From the NCBI GenBank assembly GCA_965116925.1, contig OZ220744.1, positions 6,302,589 through 6,366,588 of the forward strand: a DNA stretch of 64,000 nucleotides. Reading direction: 5' to 3'. Positions 37,127-47,075 of the stretch are shown piece by piece. The stretch is from Candidatus Poribacteria bacterium (lineage in GTDB: Bacteria; Poribacteria; WGA-4E; PCPOR2b). The notes under the pieces are model-generated. The model was not told where the DNA came from. It made no database searches and saw only the letters and a list, made by a program, of their open reading frames with translations. Made by a program: the position numbers and the translations under genes. Numbering within the stretch: the first letter of the stretch is position 1; each line of letters begins with the position of its first letter.

Positions 37127-37804
37127 TCACATTGCCTCCGGCTCTCGCTTCCGAATTAGGTTCGGAATCAACGACACCAGAACGATGAAAATACCTGCAC
37201 CAGCGAGGTAGATTAACGTTTTCTTGATATTCCCTTCGCCAACGTTCACTGCAGCACCCAACTGGACGTAGGCAGCGGTGCCGGGTAGCATACATATCCA
37301 TGAGACGAAAAAGTAAGTGGCAAACCGTATCTTCGTGAGTCCATAAGCGTAGTTCTGTAGGTTAAATGGAAAGAGCGGGACGAGCCGGGTAATCATCAAC
37401 ATCCGCCAGCCCTGCCGTTGCACTCCCTCATCAATTCGTCGAAATTGTGTATTACCTTGGACCCAGCCCTCCACCATGCCGCGAGCAACGTAACGCGCGA
37501 TCAGAAAGGCGCATGAGACACCGATTACCGCCCCGATGGAGGCGTAGACAACCCCCCAGATGGGCCCAAAGGCGAGGCCAGAGAGCATTGTAACAGGCAA
37601 ACCGGGCAGAAAGAAAACGGTCGCAAGGATGTAAAAGCCGATGTATACTAGCGGAGCGATTACGCCGAAACTGTTGATTTTCTCTTTGATTTTGGGGATA
37701 TTATCGCGCTTGAGATAATCTGTTACACCGTAGTGGCTTAATAGGCTATACACACCAACAATAATAATAACAGCGATGATAATCTTCACAAGGTTCCGTT
37801 TCAT
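37127..37804 (-). CDS. TVP38/TMEM64 (DedA/VTT) family membrane protein
   Basis: FFLPG...FGPIWG...RLVPLFPFNLQNYAYGLT. Confidence 0.9.
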   Translation of the reverse strand: MKRNLVKIIIAVIIIVGVYSLLSHYGVTDYLKRDNIPKIKEKINSFGVIAPLVYIGFYILATVFFLPGLPVTMLSGLAFGPIWGVVYASIGAVIGVSCAFLIARYVARGMVEGWVQGNTQFRRIDEGVQRQGWRMLMITRLVPLFPFNLQNYAYGLTKIRFATYFFVSWICMLPGTAAYVQLGAAVNVGEGNIKKTLIYLAGAGIFIVLVSLIPNLIRKREPEAM

Positions 37805-37879
37805 GGCGTTTTGATTCCTTCTTAGCGGTTGTTAAATCTAATGTAAGTTGATAGTTGTTGAAGTCCTAGGAGATATAAC

Positions 37880-39007
37880 ATGTCCAAAACCTACAGCGCA
37901 GCCGTCATCGGATCGACCGGCAAAGGCGGCTACGGACATCGCCTAGATACCGCATTCGATATCGATGGCGTCGAACTGGTTGCCATTGCTGACCATGATC
38001 CTGAAGGACTTTCGGATGCTGGTGAGCGGTTGGGAGTTTCCCGACTCTACCGTGACTACCGGCAGATGCTTGAAACGGAAAAACCCGCCTTCGTCAGCAT
38101 CGCTCCGAGCTGGGTCACAGAACGTGTCCCAATGATTGAAGCCGCTGCGGCGGCGGGGTGCCACATCTATTGTGAGAAACCTGTTGCGGGCAGCCTTGCC
38201 GAAGTCGATGCGATAGTTGCCGCCTGCCAAAACGCAAAAGTGAAGATGGCGGTCGCCCATCAGTGGCGTGCGATGCTCCCGGTTCAAAGGATAATCAAAG
38301 ATGTCAAAGCCGGTAAGTTTGGAAAGCTGCTTCGTGTCCGCACCCGTCCGAAGGACGACAGCCGAGGTGGCGGCGAAGAATTGCTCCTACACGGGACACA
38401 TCTGTTCGACCTGATGATGGCTTTCGCCGGTGAACCACGCTGGGCGAGCGGACATGTCAGCGTTGATGACCGAGACGCCACAACGGACGATACAGGTCAG
38501 GGTAATGCCCCCGTCGGTCCCATCATCGGTGATTCCATTTCCGCAGTATTCGGCTTCGACAACGGTGTTCGAGGGTTCTTCGACTCTACCGCCGGTTTGG
38601 CTATCCCTGGCGAATCAAATTTTGATAACCTGTACGGGCTGTCCCTTGAATGTGAGCGAGCGTCGCTGGAGCTCCGTGAACCGGGCGATGTCTACATCTA
38701 TCCTGTGCCACGGGTATTGCCCGACCTTCAAGATCTCGCTTGGAAACGGGTCTGGCTGCCGGAATGGCATGGGCGGCCTGAACACGCACCGTCCCTGCTT
38801 CGAAAGAACTGGCTTAGCATAGGCAACAAAACCCTTGCTCGGGATCTGATCGATGCCGCTGAGGCTGACCGCGAACCGCTCTCTAGTATTCAGATGGTGT
38901 GTTTCGTAAATGAGATGGTTCAGGGTGTCTATAGTTCGCACCTGCACTCTGGTCGTCGAATCACCATTCCTCTAGCCGAACGCGCTCATCCGCTCGACGG
39001 ATCGTAA
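37880..39007 (+). CDS. Gfo/Idh/MocA family NAD(P)-dependent oxidoreductase
   Basis: N-terminal Rossmann fold, HIYCEKP, LHGTHLFD. Confidence 0.9.
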   Translation: MSKTYSAAVIGSTGKGGYGHRLDTAFDIDGVELVAIADHDPEGLSDAGERLGVSRLYRDYRQMLETEKPAFVSIAPSWVTERVPMIEAAAAAGCHIYCEKPVAGSLAEVDAIVAACQNAKVKMAVAHQWRAMLPVQRIIKDVKAGKFGKLLRVRTRPKDDSRGGGEELLLHGTHLFDLMMAFAGEPRWASGHVSVDDRDATTDDTGQGNAPVGPIIGDSISAVFGFDNGVRGFFDSTAGLAIPGESNFDNLYGLSLECERASLELREPGDVYIYPVPRVLPDLQDLAWKRVWLPEWHGRPEHAPSLLRKNWLSIGNKTLARDLIDAAEADREPLSSIQMVCFVNEMVQGVYSSHLHSGRRITIPLAERAHPLDGS

Positions 39008-39012
39008 AAGAC

Positions 39013-40107
39013 CTACGACTCTCTGTTTTTACTAACCCCCTCAGCACAGACTAGCAGTAAAATAAGTGCGCCTTGGGTAATCAGAAATAGCTCCCTCGGT
39101 ACGTTCGTTAAGATCTCGATGTCCAGTGCGCCTTTGTTTAGCGCGCCGAATAGAAGGGCGGCAAAAAGAATACCGTAAGGGTGGTTCCTGCCAAGCAGGG
39201 CAACCGCAATACCGGTAAATCCGAAACCGGGGGAGAAGTTATCAAGGAAACGGTAGCGATAACCCATCACCTCCCACACTCCAGCAAAACCCGCGACCGC
39301 TCCACTCAACGCCATTGTCCAGGCCGTCACGCGACGCACATTAATACCTGCGTAAGTGGCAACCTCTGTGGCATTGCCGACGAAACGAATCTCATATCCC
39401 CACTTGGTATGCGTCAGCAAGAATTGCGTCAGCCCAATTAGCCCAAACGCAAAAAACAGCGTGATGTTTACGGGGTTACTTGGCAGAAACACCGATGAAA
39501 AAGCAGCCAATCGTGGCAGCTGCGCCGCTTCATGAATCAGGGGTGTGTGCGGTGTCATCTGATCCGGTGCCTTATAGACCTCGGTAACAAGATAATTTGT
39601 CAACGCGATTGCGATAAAGTTCAGCATGATGGTGTTGATGACTTCATGCACACCGTAACGCGCTTTGAGTACCCCCGGTATAGCACCCCACAGCCCCCCT
39701 GCGAGAGTTGCAGAAGCCAAGCAAGTAGGTATGATAATCCAGCCGCCTCCCCAGTTCAGGTGAAACCCGACCCATGCCGCGGCGAATCCTGCGAGATAGA
39801 GTTGCCCTTCGCAGCCGATGTTGAAAAGCCCGCCCTTAAATCCGAGCATGACCGCAAGCCCGGTAAAGATTAAGGGGGTTGCGTTAAATAAAACGTAACC
39901 AAAGTCGTCGAGACTACCGAAGACACTCTGCCATAGGAGTCCGTAAACTTCAAATGGACTGTTACCAAAGAACAAAATTAAGGCGCCGCCGAGCAGAAAT
40001 GCGGCACAGAGAGCGAAAATAGTGGGTAGCAAGCGAGGTGAGACATCGCCTGTAAGATGCGAGAGATGAGACGTTATGCGCGATGTGTAGTCTGCGAGTT
40101 TGCCCAT
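39013..40107 (-). CDS. ABC transporter permease (nucleoside/simple-sugar, BMP-associated type)
   Basis: TPLIFTGLA, GLFNIGCEGQ, HEVINTIMLN, GFTGIAVALLGRNHP; start placed at ATG 40107. Confidence 0.85.
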   Translation of the reverse strand: MGKLADYTSRITSHLSHLTGDVSPRLLPTIFALCAAFLLGGALILFFGNSPFEVYGLLWQSVFGSLDDFGYVLFNATPLIFTGLAVMLGFKGGLFNIGCEGQLYLAGFAAAWVGFHLNWGGGWIIIPTCLASATLAGGLWGAIPGVLKARYGVHEVINTIMLNFIAIALTNYLVTEVYKAPDQMTPHTPLIHEAAQLPRLAAFSSVFLPSNPVNITLFFAFGLIGLTQFLLTHTKWGYEIRFVGNATEVATYAGINVRRVTAWTMALSGAVAGFAGVWEVMGYRYRFLDNFSPGFGFTGIAVALLGRNHPYGILFAALLFGALNKGALDIEILTNVPRELFLITQGALILLLVCAEGVSKNRES

Positions 40108-40133
40108 TCTCCGTTCCGAGAGTCTCCGCCCTG

Positions 40134-41279
40134 TTATTCTGATAATGCTGCTAACAAGCGCATCACATCTGCGCTCCCATTGTAGAGATGGGTTGAAATC
40201 CGCATCCGACCGAATTCGCCCCAACATAGCACACCCATCTTAGCTAACCGTGCCTGCATCGTGTGTGCATTTTCAACTAAAAAGCAGGTGTTCCCGGATC
40301 GCGCCGATCGATCCTGTGGACTGATGACTGTAAACCCTAGATTTTCCACCCCAGCACTAACCAACTCGGACAGTGTCCGGGCATGGTCAGAGATTCGCTC
40401 GATTCCAATCGAGAGCAGTACCTCCAACGCTCGGTCTAGGTGCATCACCACCAGCATTGATGGGTTGCCCGGTTCCAGGCGTTCAGGCATCGGCTGCTCC
40501 TCGACTTCCGGGGCGCGTTCCGCCTCTTGGGGAGGCCATACCACTAAGTTGTGCCAGCCGAAACAGGTTGATGCGATCTGCCCCTCTGCACCCTCGCTCA
40601 GATACATGGGGGCGACACCGTGGGTGGCAAGCAACCACTTGTAGCTGCTGCTCACAGTCAAATCGGTCAATCCTGCAGGAACATCCACAACCCCCGCAGC
40701 ATGGGTCGCATCCACTGCGAAAAGCGTATTCCTCTGTTGAAGTCCGTCAGAAAGCTGCGCTATGTTCAAGCACTGTCCTGTATAAAAGCTAACTTGACTC
40801 ACCGCTAAGACCCGCGTTCGTTCATCCACCGCATCTAGCAGATCGGTCTCGTGCACCAGCCAATCCCGATGTGGCACCAATCGCACCTCTACCCCACGAG
40901 CGCGGAGGTCCCGCCAAGCGTAGGCGACCGATGGAAACTCCAAATTGGTTGTTACTACATTGTCTCCCTCCTGCCAGTCCAGACCGCGCGCGAGCCAATT
41001 CATCCCCTCCGCTGCCGATGGCATAAACGCAATCCGCTCGGAGGGTACACGCCAAAGTTCGCCCATCCGGCTTCTACAGCGCTCTCCTCGGGCGTAAATT
41101 TCTTCACGCCCATCGTGTCCAGCACTCTTCAAACGGGCAAATTCCATGTACACCGCTTCCTGCGCTTTCAGCCAAGGTGCTTCTCCCCCCGTGCAGAGAT
41201 GCGTCACGCCCTCTAGTCCTACAAATTGATCGGGAGAGATAAGTGGTTTGATGTGTGTGTCGGAGCGGTTCATGTGCAC
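40134..41279 (-). CDS. Class V PLP-dependent aminotransferase (cysteine desulfurase/selenocysteine lyase-like)
   Basis: EFPSV, VDATHAAG, SSYKWLL (PLP lysine), RISTHLYN. Confidence 0.85.
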   Translation of the reverse strand: MHMNRSDTHIKPLISPDQFVGLEGVTHLCTGGEAPWLKAQEAVYMEFARLKSAGHDGREEIYARGERCRSRMGELWRVPSERIAFMPSAAEGMNWLARGLDWQEGDNVVTTNLEFPSVAYAWRDLRARGVEVRLVPHRDWLVHETDLLDAVDERTRVLAVSQVSFYTGQCLNIAQLSDGLQQRNTLFAVDATHAAGVVDVPAGLTDLTVSSSYKWLLATHGVAPMYLSEGAEGQIASTCFGWHNLVVWPPQEAERAPEVEEQPMPERLEPGNPSMLVVMHLDRALEVLLSIGIERISDHARTLSELVSAGVENLGFTVISPQDRSARSGNTCFLVENAHTMQARLAKMGVLCWGEFGRMRISTHLYNGSADVMRLLAALSE

Positions 41280-41496
41280 CTCATTTGCGTATCACAGCGT
41301 TCGCTGGTATAGATATATCGACGTTGGGATTATAGCAATAGTTCACTAGGAATACAACGCAAAAGTTCAACGGGGTAACTCTCTTTCGTTTGAAATCCTT
41401 CGCTTTAGTATTGAGAGAATGTTTGGGTTCTGCTAAAATAACAGATGCTTCATGTTAAGAGATTGTACATGAGAGAAACATGAAAGGGCACCTAAT

Positions 41497-42420
41497 ATGC
41501 AATCCTTTTCCATTGACAGTGATGCAATTTCGCTTCCACGAGGGGCGTGGGCAAAAGCACATCGCCTGAATGTGAGTTGGCGTGGGAGCCCCATTACTGC
41601 CCTGAGTCAAGGCGAATATCGCGCCTACCTGTTCCCCGTATATACCCCGGCGGGGTTCGCCGTGACCTCCGAGAGTCCGATAGATCACCCACACCACAAC
41701 TCGCTTTGGATCGGTGCTGATCATTTCCATTGTCATTTGCCCTTCTCGACAGACGCCTATGAAGAAGCGACCTATAACTTCTACGTCAACGATACCTTTC
41801 AGGGACGGGCACCGGGACACATCGTCAGTGTTTCAGTGGAGGAGACGGAGGTATCAGAAAACCATCTCCGGCTCATACAGACGCTCAACTGGCAAGGACC
41901 GTCCGAATGGGGTGCACCTCAAGGACGGATCCTCGCAGTCGAAACCCGTACCATCGATATCTACCCCGGCGAAACCGCAAACCTGATCGACATTCGTTCA
42001 CAGCTAAGTCCAACCGATTGGGATATCAAAATCGGACCGACGCGCCACGCCTATTTCGGTGTTCGCATGGTCGAATCCCTACGCGCTACAGCGGGCGCGA
42101 CCCTTATTGATGCTGATGGTCGCTCTGGAGGTACGGCGATAAGTGGCGGGAACGCAGATTGGGTGGACTGTTCAGGACAAATTGCTGCGGATAGGTACGT
42201 GGGTGTGACGTTGTTTCGATACCCTTCTACGGCTAGTGCGTCGTGGTATATCGCTGATTGGGGAACACTAGCAGTGAATCCATTTGCGCGAGAGGGGCGA
42301 ATGATAAGAGATGGTGAGGTACTCGACTTGGCAGTTCGGGTCGTTGTTCACGATGGAGACGCAGAAGCAGCGGGGCTCGAGGGGCTGTATCAGCGTTTTA
42401 TCCAAGAGGTGGGGGACTAG
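41497..42420 (+). CDS. DUF6807 / so-called PmoA-family protein (not a true methane monooxygenase)
   Basis: YLFPVYTPAG..VT..P.DHPHHNSLW, FGVRM, ADWVD motifs. Confidence 0.7.
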   Translation: MQSFSIDSDAISLPRGAWAKAHRLNVSWRGSPITALSQGEYRAYLFPVYTPAGFAVTSESPIDHPHHNSLWIGADHFHCHLPFSTDAYEEATYNFYVNDTFQGRAPGHIVSVSVEETEVSENHLRLIQTLNWQGPSEWGAPQGRILAVETRTIDIYPGETANLIDIRSQLSPTDWDIKIGPTRHAYFGVRMVESLRATAGATLIDADGRSGGTAISGGNADWVDCSGQIAADRYVGVTLFRYPSTASASWYIADWGTLAVNPFAREGRMIRDGEVLDLAVRVVVHDGDAEAAGLEGLYQRFIQEVGD

Positions 42421-42438
42421 CGAAAAAGGAAGTAAAGC

Positions 42439-42744
42439 CTAACGCTGCTGGGCTTCCATATACGCCCGCAAGACTGCGTTCATACGTGTCTGGTAACCGC
42501 TTCCATGAGATTTGAACCACTCTAAAACATCGCTATCCACGCGCAAGGATATGGCACGCTTCGGTTGTGGCATCACGACTTGAGCATTTGCCCAAAACGT
42601 CTCATCCGTTGGTTGGGCATCCGCATCTGATGCAGCTGCTACTTCAATCTCGGACTCAGTCATATTTTTGACATGCTCCCAATCTGTCTGTGAATCCTTT
42701 GGGAGGTTATTTAGAGAATATCTCAAAGTATTTTTTCCTTTCAC
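42439..42744 (-). CDS. brnA: BrnA family antitoxin
   Basis: ISLRVDSDVLEWFKSHGSGYQTRMNAVLRAY. Confidence 0.9.
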   Translation of the reverse strand: MKGKNTLRYSLNNLPKDSQTDWEHVKNMTESEIEVAAASDADAQPTDETFWANAQVVMPQPKRAISLRVDSDVLEWFKSHGSGYQTRMNAVLRAYMEAQQR

Positions 42745-42982
42745 GGCGATTTGCTCTCCTTGCTGAGATTATACGCCAAATGCCGTCTCGAATGGTGTAG
42801 ACAACATACAAGATGACATCCTCGACGGTGCCCATCGCGGCGATTCGTTTTTCACCATAGTTATGGCGATTATCAACTACTGTGAGTGTTGGACGCTCAA
42901 AGATACGCACTGCATCCACAAAATCAATGCCGTGCTTTTCAATATTACGCTGGTTTTTGATCGAATCCCATTCAAATTCCAT
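42707..42982 (-). CDS. brnT: BrnT family ribonuclease toxin
   Basis: FEWD..KN..N..KHGIDF...YGEKR...RIISARRAN..ERK.Y. Confidence 0.9.
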   Translation of the reverse strand: MEFEWDSIKNQRNIEKHGIDFVDAVRIFERPTLTVVDNRHNYGEKRIAAMGTVEDVILYVVYTIRDGIWRIISARRANRRERKKYFEIFSK

Positions 42983-42992
42983 GACATGCTAT

Positions 42993-43021
42993 AGTATACA
43001 TTCTGTATATACAAATGTCAA
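42993..43021 (-). promoter_or_regulatory. brnTA promoter with overlapping palindromic operator
   Basis: Minus strand TTGACA-17 bp-TATACT; imperfect palindrome gtataca-ttc-tgtatatac overlaps the spacer and -10; the start codon is only a few nt from the predicted TSS. Confidence 0.65.
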
Positions 43022-43189
43022 TATGCAAAAACGCACACAGTTAGGCAGGTGCTTTTTTGTTGACGCATCGGCATATTTTTGACTACAATCTTTGAGACAA
43101 TTCTTTTTTTATTCTTTCAGTTATCATCTAATTCCTTACGTCGAACTAACGTTACCTAAGCGTTTATCACCCCTAGGAGGACATTAATT

Positions 43190-43921
43190 ATGGCAGTAAA
43201 TGGAGCAGTACCGAAAGCCCGTTCTGAAGGTCGGGGACCGACGATTTGGCTCGCTGGTACTCCCGACGAGTTGGAGCCGTTAATGCCGCTGGGCATTGCT
43301 GGAATTGTTACCAATACCGTAGTGCTTAATCAATACGCTAAGGAGTACGGTTCAGTCATCGACCTGATCAAAGCATATCTTGACATAACCGACAAGCCTG
43401 TGGTCATGGAAATTGATGGTCACACAGTCGAGGAACTGCTTGCGGTTGGGAAAGTATTTACTGACCTGTCGGATCAAATTATCCTGAAAATTCCCTGCAC
43501 GTTTAATGGGCTCAAAGCCTTCAGCGTCCTCAAGGCAGAGGGGGTCGAGACCTTTTGCACAACGGTTTTTTCCTTGACCCAAGCCGCTGCGGTGGCTCAA
43601 GCCGGGGTCGATCACATCCTGCCGTTCTGTGATCCTGTCAAAGCGGTGGGTGGTGATCCAACTCAACTGATACGTGAATGCGCACAGATGTTCAGTGGCT
43701 GGGAACAGCGGCCCTTTATCATGGCGGCACTTGTCCGCTCGGTGGAGACAGCCCACGCCGCCTTCCGTGACGGTGCTGATGAGCTCGTCACCATGTGCAC
43801 GGTCTATCGTGAGATGATGGACCACCCGCTCACTGACGAATGGAACAAAACCTTCTTGGACGAGTGGGTTGATATGCACGAGAATGGGTTGCTCAAAGGC
43901 GTGCCGGTCACGCTTCATTGA
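43190..43921 (+). CDS. Transaldolase/fructose-6-phosphate aldolase family protein (divergent)
   Basis: GIVTNT, IILKIPCT (Schiff-base Lys), TTVFSLTQA, DHPLTD; RBS aggagg. Confidence 0.8.
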   Translation: MAVNGAVPKARSEGRGPTIWLAGTPDELEPLMPLGIAGIVTNTVVLNQYAKEYGSVIDLIKAYLDITDKPVVMEIDGHTVEELLAVGKVFTDLSDQIILKIPCTFNGLKAFSVLKAEGVETFCTTVFSLTQAAAVAQAGVDHILPFCDPVKAVGGDPTQLIRECAQMFSGWEQRPFIMAALVRSVETAHAAFRDGADELVTMCTVYREMMDHPLTDEWNKTFLDEWVDMHENGLLKGVPVTLH

Positions 43922-44006
43922 AGTTGAGTTTCAATTCTGTATGTAGTCCTTCACTACTATCAATGATGATAAAAATGTTTGAGGGGTTTCCTTGCCCCGA
44001 TACATG

Positions 44007-44073
44007 AGGCGAATGGTTCAACCCATTCGCCTTTTTTATTAATTATCCCGGAAAGACTGGTAAGAGATAACCC
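44007..44073 (+). repeat. About 66-bp direct repeat (terminator-like hairpin plus tail); second copy at 45962-46027
   Basis: aggcgaatgg-loop-ccattcgcc-T run...gaaaga(c/t)tggtaag(ag)ataaccc in both copies. Confidence 0.8.
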
Positions 44074-44228
44074 GATTTTTTTTCAGACAAGCTACTCTGA
44101 ATCCTGATCGCAGCATCTGGGAAACATGGTTTAAGGAAAAATTCAATTAATTTTCCCAAAATCATAAAAAAGTGCTAGAAAAAATCACAGAACTGTGTTT
44201 TATAAAGTGTAAGGGAGGAATCAGAATA

Positions 44229-45698
44229 GTGGCTAACGACAAGGCACTCATTTCCCGCGCCCAATCTGGAGATGAACAGGCATTTGCTGACCTGATGCGG
44301 GCGAATTATGCCTTCGTTTATGCGATCGTCATCGGAATTATGGACAATCCCCACGATGCCGAGGAAGTTGTCCAAGACACCTTTCTGAACGCCTATCATG
44401 GTTTGGCACAGTATGAAGAGCAGACCAAATTCAAAAGTTGGTTGGCAACAATTGCGCGAAATCGTGCGCTAAACTGGTTGCGAGAACAAAGAATGGATAC
44501 CGTGTCCATCAACGAAGTGGAGGAGCACACACTTCAGGCTCCGAATACGCTCGACGACCAGTTGATACGCGACGAACAGAGAGAGCTGATTCGCCGTGCA
44601 ACAGAAATGCTTTCGCAAAAAGATAAAGAGATTGCTCGCTCTTACTATCTTGATGGTGCAAGCTACGACGAATTGACGAAGACGCACGGATTGTCATACA
44701 AGGCGATTGCGTTCCGGCTGTCACGTGCGAAGCGGAGACTCGCCAAACGATTGCAATACCTGCTTACTGGTTTATCTGTTCCTCCTGCAACGACACTCAA
44801 ACAGATCTACTCAGGAGGATTCACCGCCATGAAAATCGGAACAGCTCTTGCCAACAGAGGCAAAGTCCGAGATCTCTATGACCTCGGTGAGGAATTATTA
44901 ATTATCTCAACAGATCGGATTTCGGCGTTTGATGTTGTGCTGCCGAATGGGATTCCGTACAAAGGGCAAATCCTGACCGGACTCTCTGAGTTCTGGTTTG
45001 ATTACACAAAACCGATTGTCGATAATCATATCATCACGACCGATGTTTCGCAGTATCCTGACGTGCTGCAAGCGGACGCGGAAGTGCTTAAAGGGCGATC
45101 AATGCTTGTGCGGAAAGCCAATCGAATCGATATCGAATGCGTCGTGCGAGGGTACATCGCGGGCTCCGCGTGGTCGGAGTATAAGCAGGATGGAACGGTA
45201 TGCGGCGAAAAGCTGCCGGCAGGGCTAACCGAATCAGAGCGGTTGCCAGAACCCATCTTCACTCCTTCTACGAAGGCGGAGCATGGTGAACATGATGAGA
45301 ACATCTCAATTGCAGAGATGGAGGCGGAGATTGGAAAGGAGTTGTCAGAAAAGATTATCCAAACCAGTTTCGCGCTGTTTGAAGCCGCGAGCGAACATGC
45401 CGAAAAGTCCGGAATCATCCTCTGCGACACCAAGTTTGAGTTCGGGGAGATTGACGGTCAACTGATTCTCATTGATGAGGTCTTCACCCCCGATTCATCA
45501 CGCTTTTGGCCCAAGGACGAATATAAGCCCGGTAGCTCCCCACCCAGCTTTGACAAACAGTATGTTCGTGATTACTTGAGTGATATTGGATGGAACAAAG
45601 AGCCCCCGGCACCTGAGTTGCCAGCAGAGGTCATCCGCCAAACCAGCGAAAAATATCTGGAGGCGTATCGCCTGATTGTTGGGCGGGAATTATTGTGA
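44229..45698 (+). CDS. purC: ECF sigma-70 factor fused in frame to SAICAR synthase (PurC)
   Basis: N-terminal DAEEVVQDTFLNAY...FKSWLATIARN...SYDEL...RLSRAK; C-terminal RGKVRDLY, TDRISAFD, ECVVRGY, DTKFEFG, TPDSSRFW, SFDKQYVRD; internal RBS and ATG at 44829. Confidence 0.85.
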   Translation: MANDKALISRAQSGDEQAFADLMRANYAFVYAIVIGIMDNPHDAEEVVQDTFLNAYHGLAQYEEQTKFKSWLATIARNRALNWLREQRMDTVSINEVEEHTLQAPNTLDDQLIRDEQRELIRRATEMLSQKDKEIARSYYLDGASYDELTKTHGLSYKAIAFRLSRAKRRLAKRLQYLLTGLSVPPATTLKQIYSGGFTAMKIGTALANRGKVRDLYDLGEELLIISTDRISAFDVVLPNGIPYKGQILTGLSEFWFDYTKPIVDNHIITTDVSQYPDVLQADAEVLKGRSMLVRKANRIDIECVVRGYIAGSAWSEYKQDGTVCGEKLPAGLTESERLPEPIFTPSTKAEHGEHDENISIAEMEAEIGKELSEKIIQTSFALFEAASEHAEKSGIILCDTKFEFGEIDGQLILIDEVFTPDSSRFWPKDEYKPGSSPPSFDKQYVRDYLSDIGWNKEPPAPELPAEVIRQTSEKYLEAYRLIVGRELL

Positions 45699-45774
45699 AG
45701 GTTGGGCTGTGATGCTAGACATCTGTTGACGTACTCCCAAACCTAAAGGATTGAGATTCGCACCCATTTCAATT

Positions 45775-45913
45775 TATGGTAGATTTTAGAATTAATAAGA
45801 CACTCCAAAATGCACAACCAACCCCCTAAATCCCCCTTATCAGGGGGACTTTGGAAACTTCGCGAAGGTCGAAGTTATTGGTAAATGTCCACTTATTTTT
45901 AGAATTCACTATA
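45775..45913. mobile_element. TATAGT-family MITE carrying a cccctaaatccccct-tatc-agggggactt palindrome
   Basis: Ends tatggtagattttagaattaat...atttttagaattcactata. Confidence 0.7.
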
Positions 45914-45961
45914 GAATGAGAAGCTAAATTAACCAAAAACTCTATTCCGCAAGACTTCACA

Positions 45962-46027
45962 AGGCGAATGGTTTAATCCATTCGCCTTTTTTATTGATTG
46001 TCGCCGAAAAGATTGGTAAGATAACCC
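45962..46027 (+). repeat. Second copy of the 66-bp terminator-like direct repeat
   Basis: Matches 44007-44073. Confidence 0.8.
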
Positions 46028-46148
46028 AAGTTGCCACCTGTGAAGATGTTCCTGTTATCAGCAGATGGCTTTGTCTATCTGTGGTGAATACCCTCTTATT
46101 CAACTGGTTTTTTGCTAAGTTTTATGACTAATGAAGGAGACATACAAA

Positions 46149-47012
46149 ATGGCTGAACCCTTGAGGATACTCTCAATTGGCGCACACCCGGCGGATATTT
46201 TCGATCAATCCGGTGGTACAATGGCGCATCACACAAGTCGAGGAGATTACGTCGGTTGTGTGGTGTTGACCCACGGTGCCCGTGTGCATGACGCTGTGAT
46301 CAGTGACTCAATGTTTCATCGCGAGGAGGTTCCAGATGAATCTGATCTACTGGCGTTGATGGAAGAACGCTCAGATGTCAAAGCGGAAGAAGTTCGTAAG
46401 GGGTGCAAGATTTTGGGCGTCGAAGATATCTACTTCTTTGGTGCAGACGACGCTGTACTGCTTGTTACGGAGGAGACGGTGAAACGGCTAGCGCGGTTGT
46501 TGCGCGAGGTGCGTCCCGACATTATCCTGACCCACTTTCCCAAGGAGGGCGATGGATTAACTAACGCACACGCTGTCGCGGGACAGATTACGCTCCACGC
46601 CATTTCACATGCGGGTAGCGTTGATCCGGGCGATCGAAATACACCCCACAAGGTAGCACAGGTTTTCTTCTTTGGGGCCGGTGCGGCGGCTATACCACGA
46701 AGCGTATGGCAATCCGAGGGCGGCTATTACAACGATGTATTTGTTGACATCACGGATGTGGCAGATAAGAAACTAGCGGCACTGGATTGCTTGGTAAGTC
46801 AGGGATATGGTGGAGCGTATGCCCGCAAACGGATTGAAACCAGCGATGGTGCGTTTGGCAGCGCAGGCGGTTGTGCCTATGCGGAGGGATTTATCTCATC
46901 AAGTGCGGAAACCCATTACTACTTACCCGTCACGGAACACGCGCTCAAAAACGCTCGTGCCTCCGACCATGAACGGATAGCGGCGAACTCTTATCGGGTT
47001 TCGGTTGACTGA
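46149..47012 (+). CDS. PIG-L/LmbE family deacetylase
   Basis: IGAHPAD, RPDIILTH, FVDITDVADKKLAAL; start after RBS aggag. Confidence 0.8.
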   Translation: MAEPLRILSIGAHPADIFDQSGGTMAHHTSRGDYVGCVVLTHGARVHDAVISDSMFHREEVPDESDLLALMEERSDVKAEEVRKGCKILGVEDIYFFGADDAVLLVTEETVKRLARLLREVRPDIILTHFPKEGDGLTNAHAVAGQITLHAISHAGSVDPGDRNTPHKVAQVFFFGAGAAAIPRSVWQSEGGYYNDVFVDITDVADKKLAALDCLVSQGYGGAYARKRIETSDGAFGSAGGCAYAEGFISSSAETHYYLPVTEHALKNARASDHERIAANSYRVSVD

Positions 47013-47075
47013 AAGACGTGGGGGCGGGTTTGCAACTTCCCGCCCCTATTGTGTGATTGAGGATTTAGAAATCTC

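Noticed and set aside
41497-42420. Particulate methane monooxygenase subunit A
   Set aside because: Soluble DUF6807-type protein without TM helices or pmoCB neighbours; the family name is misleading
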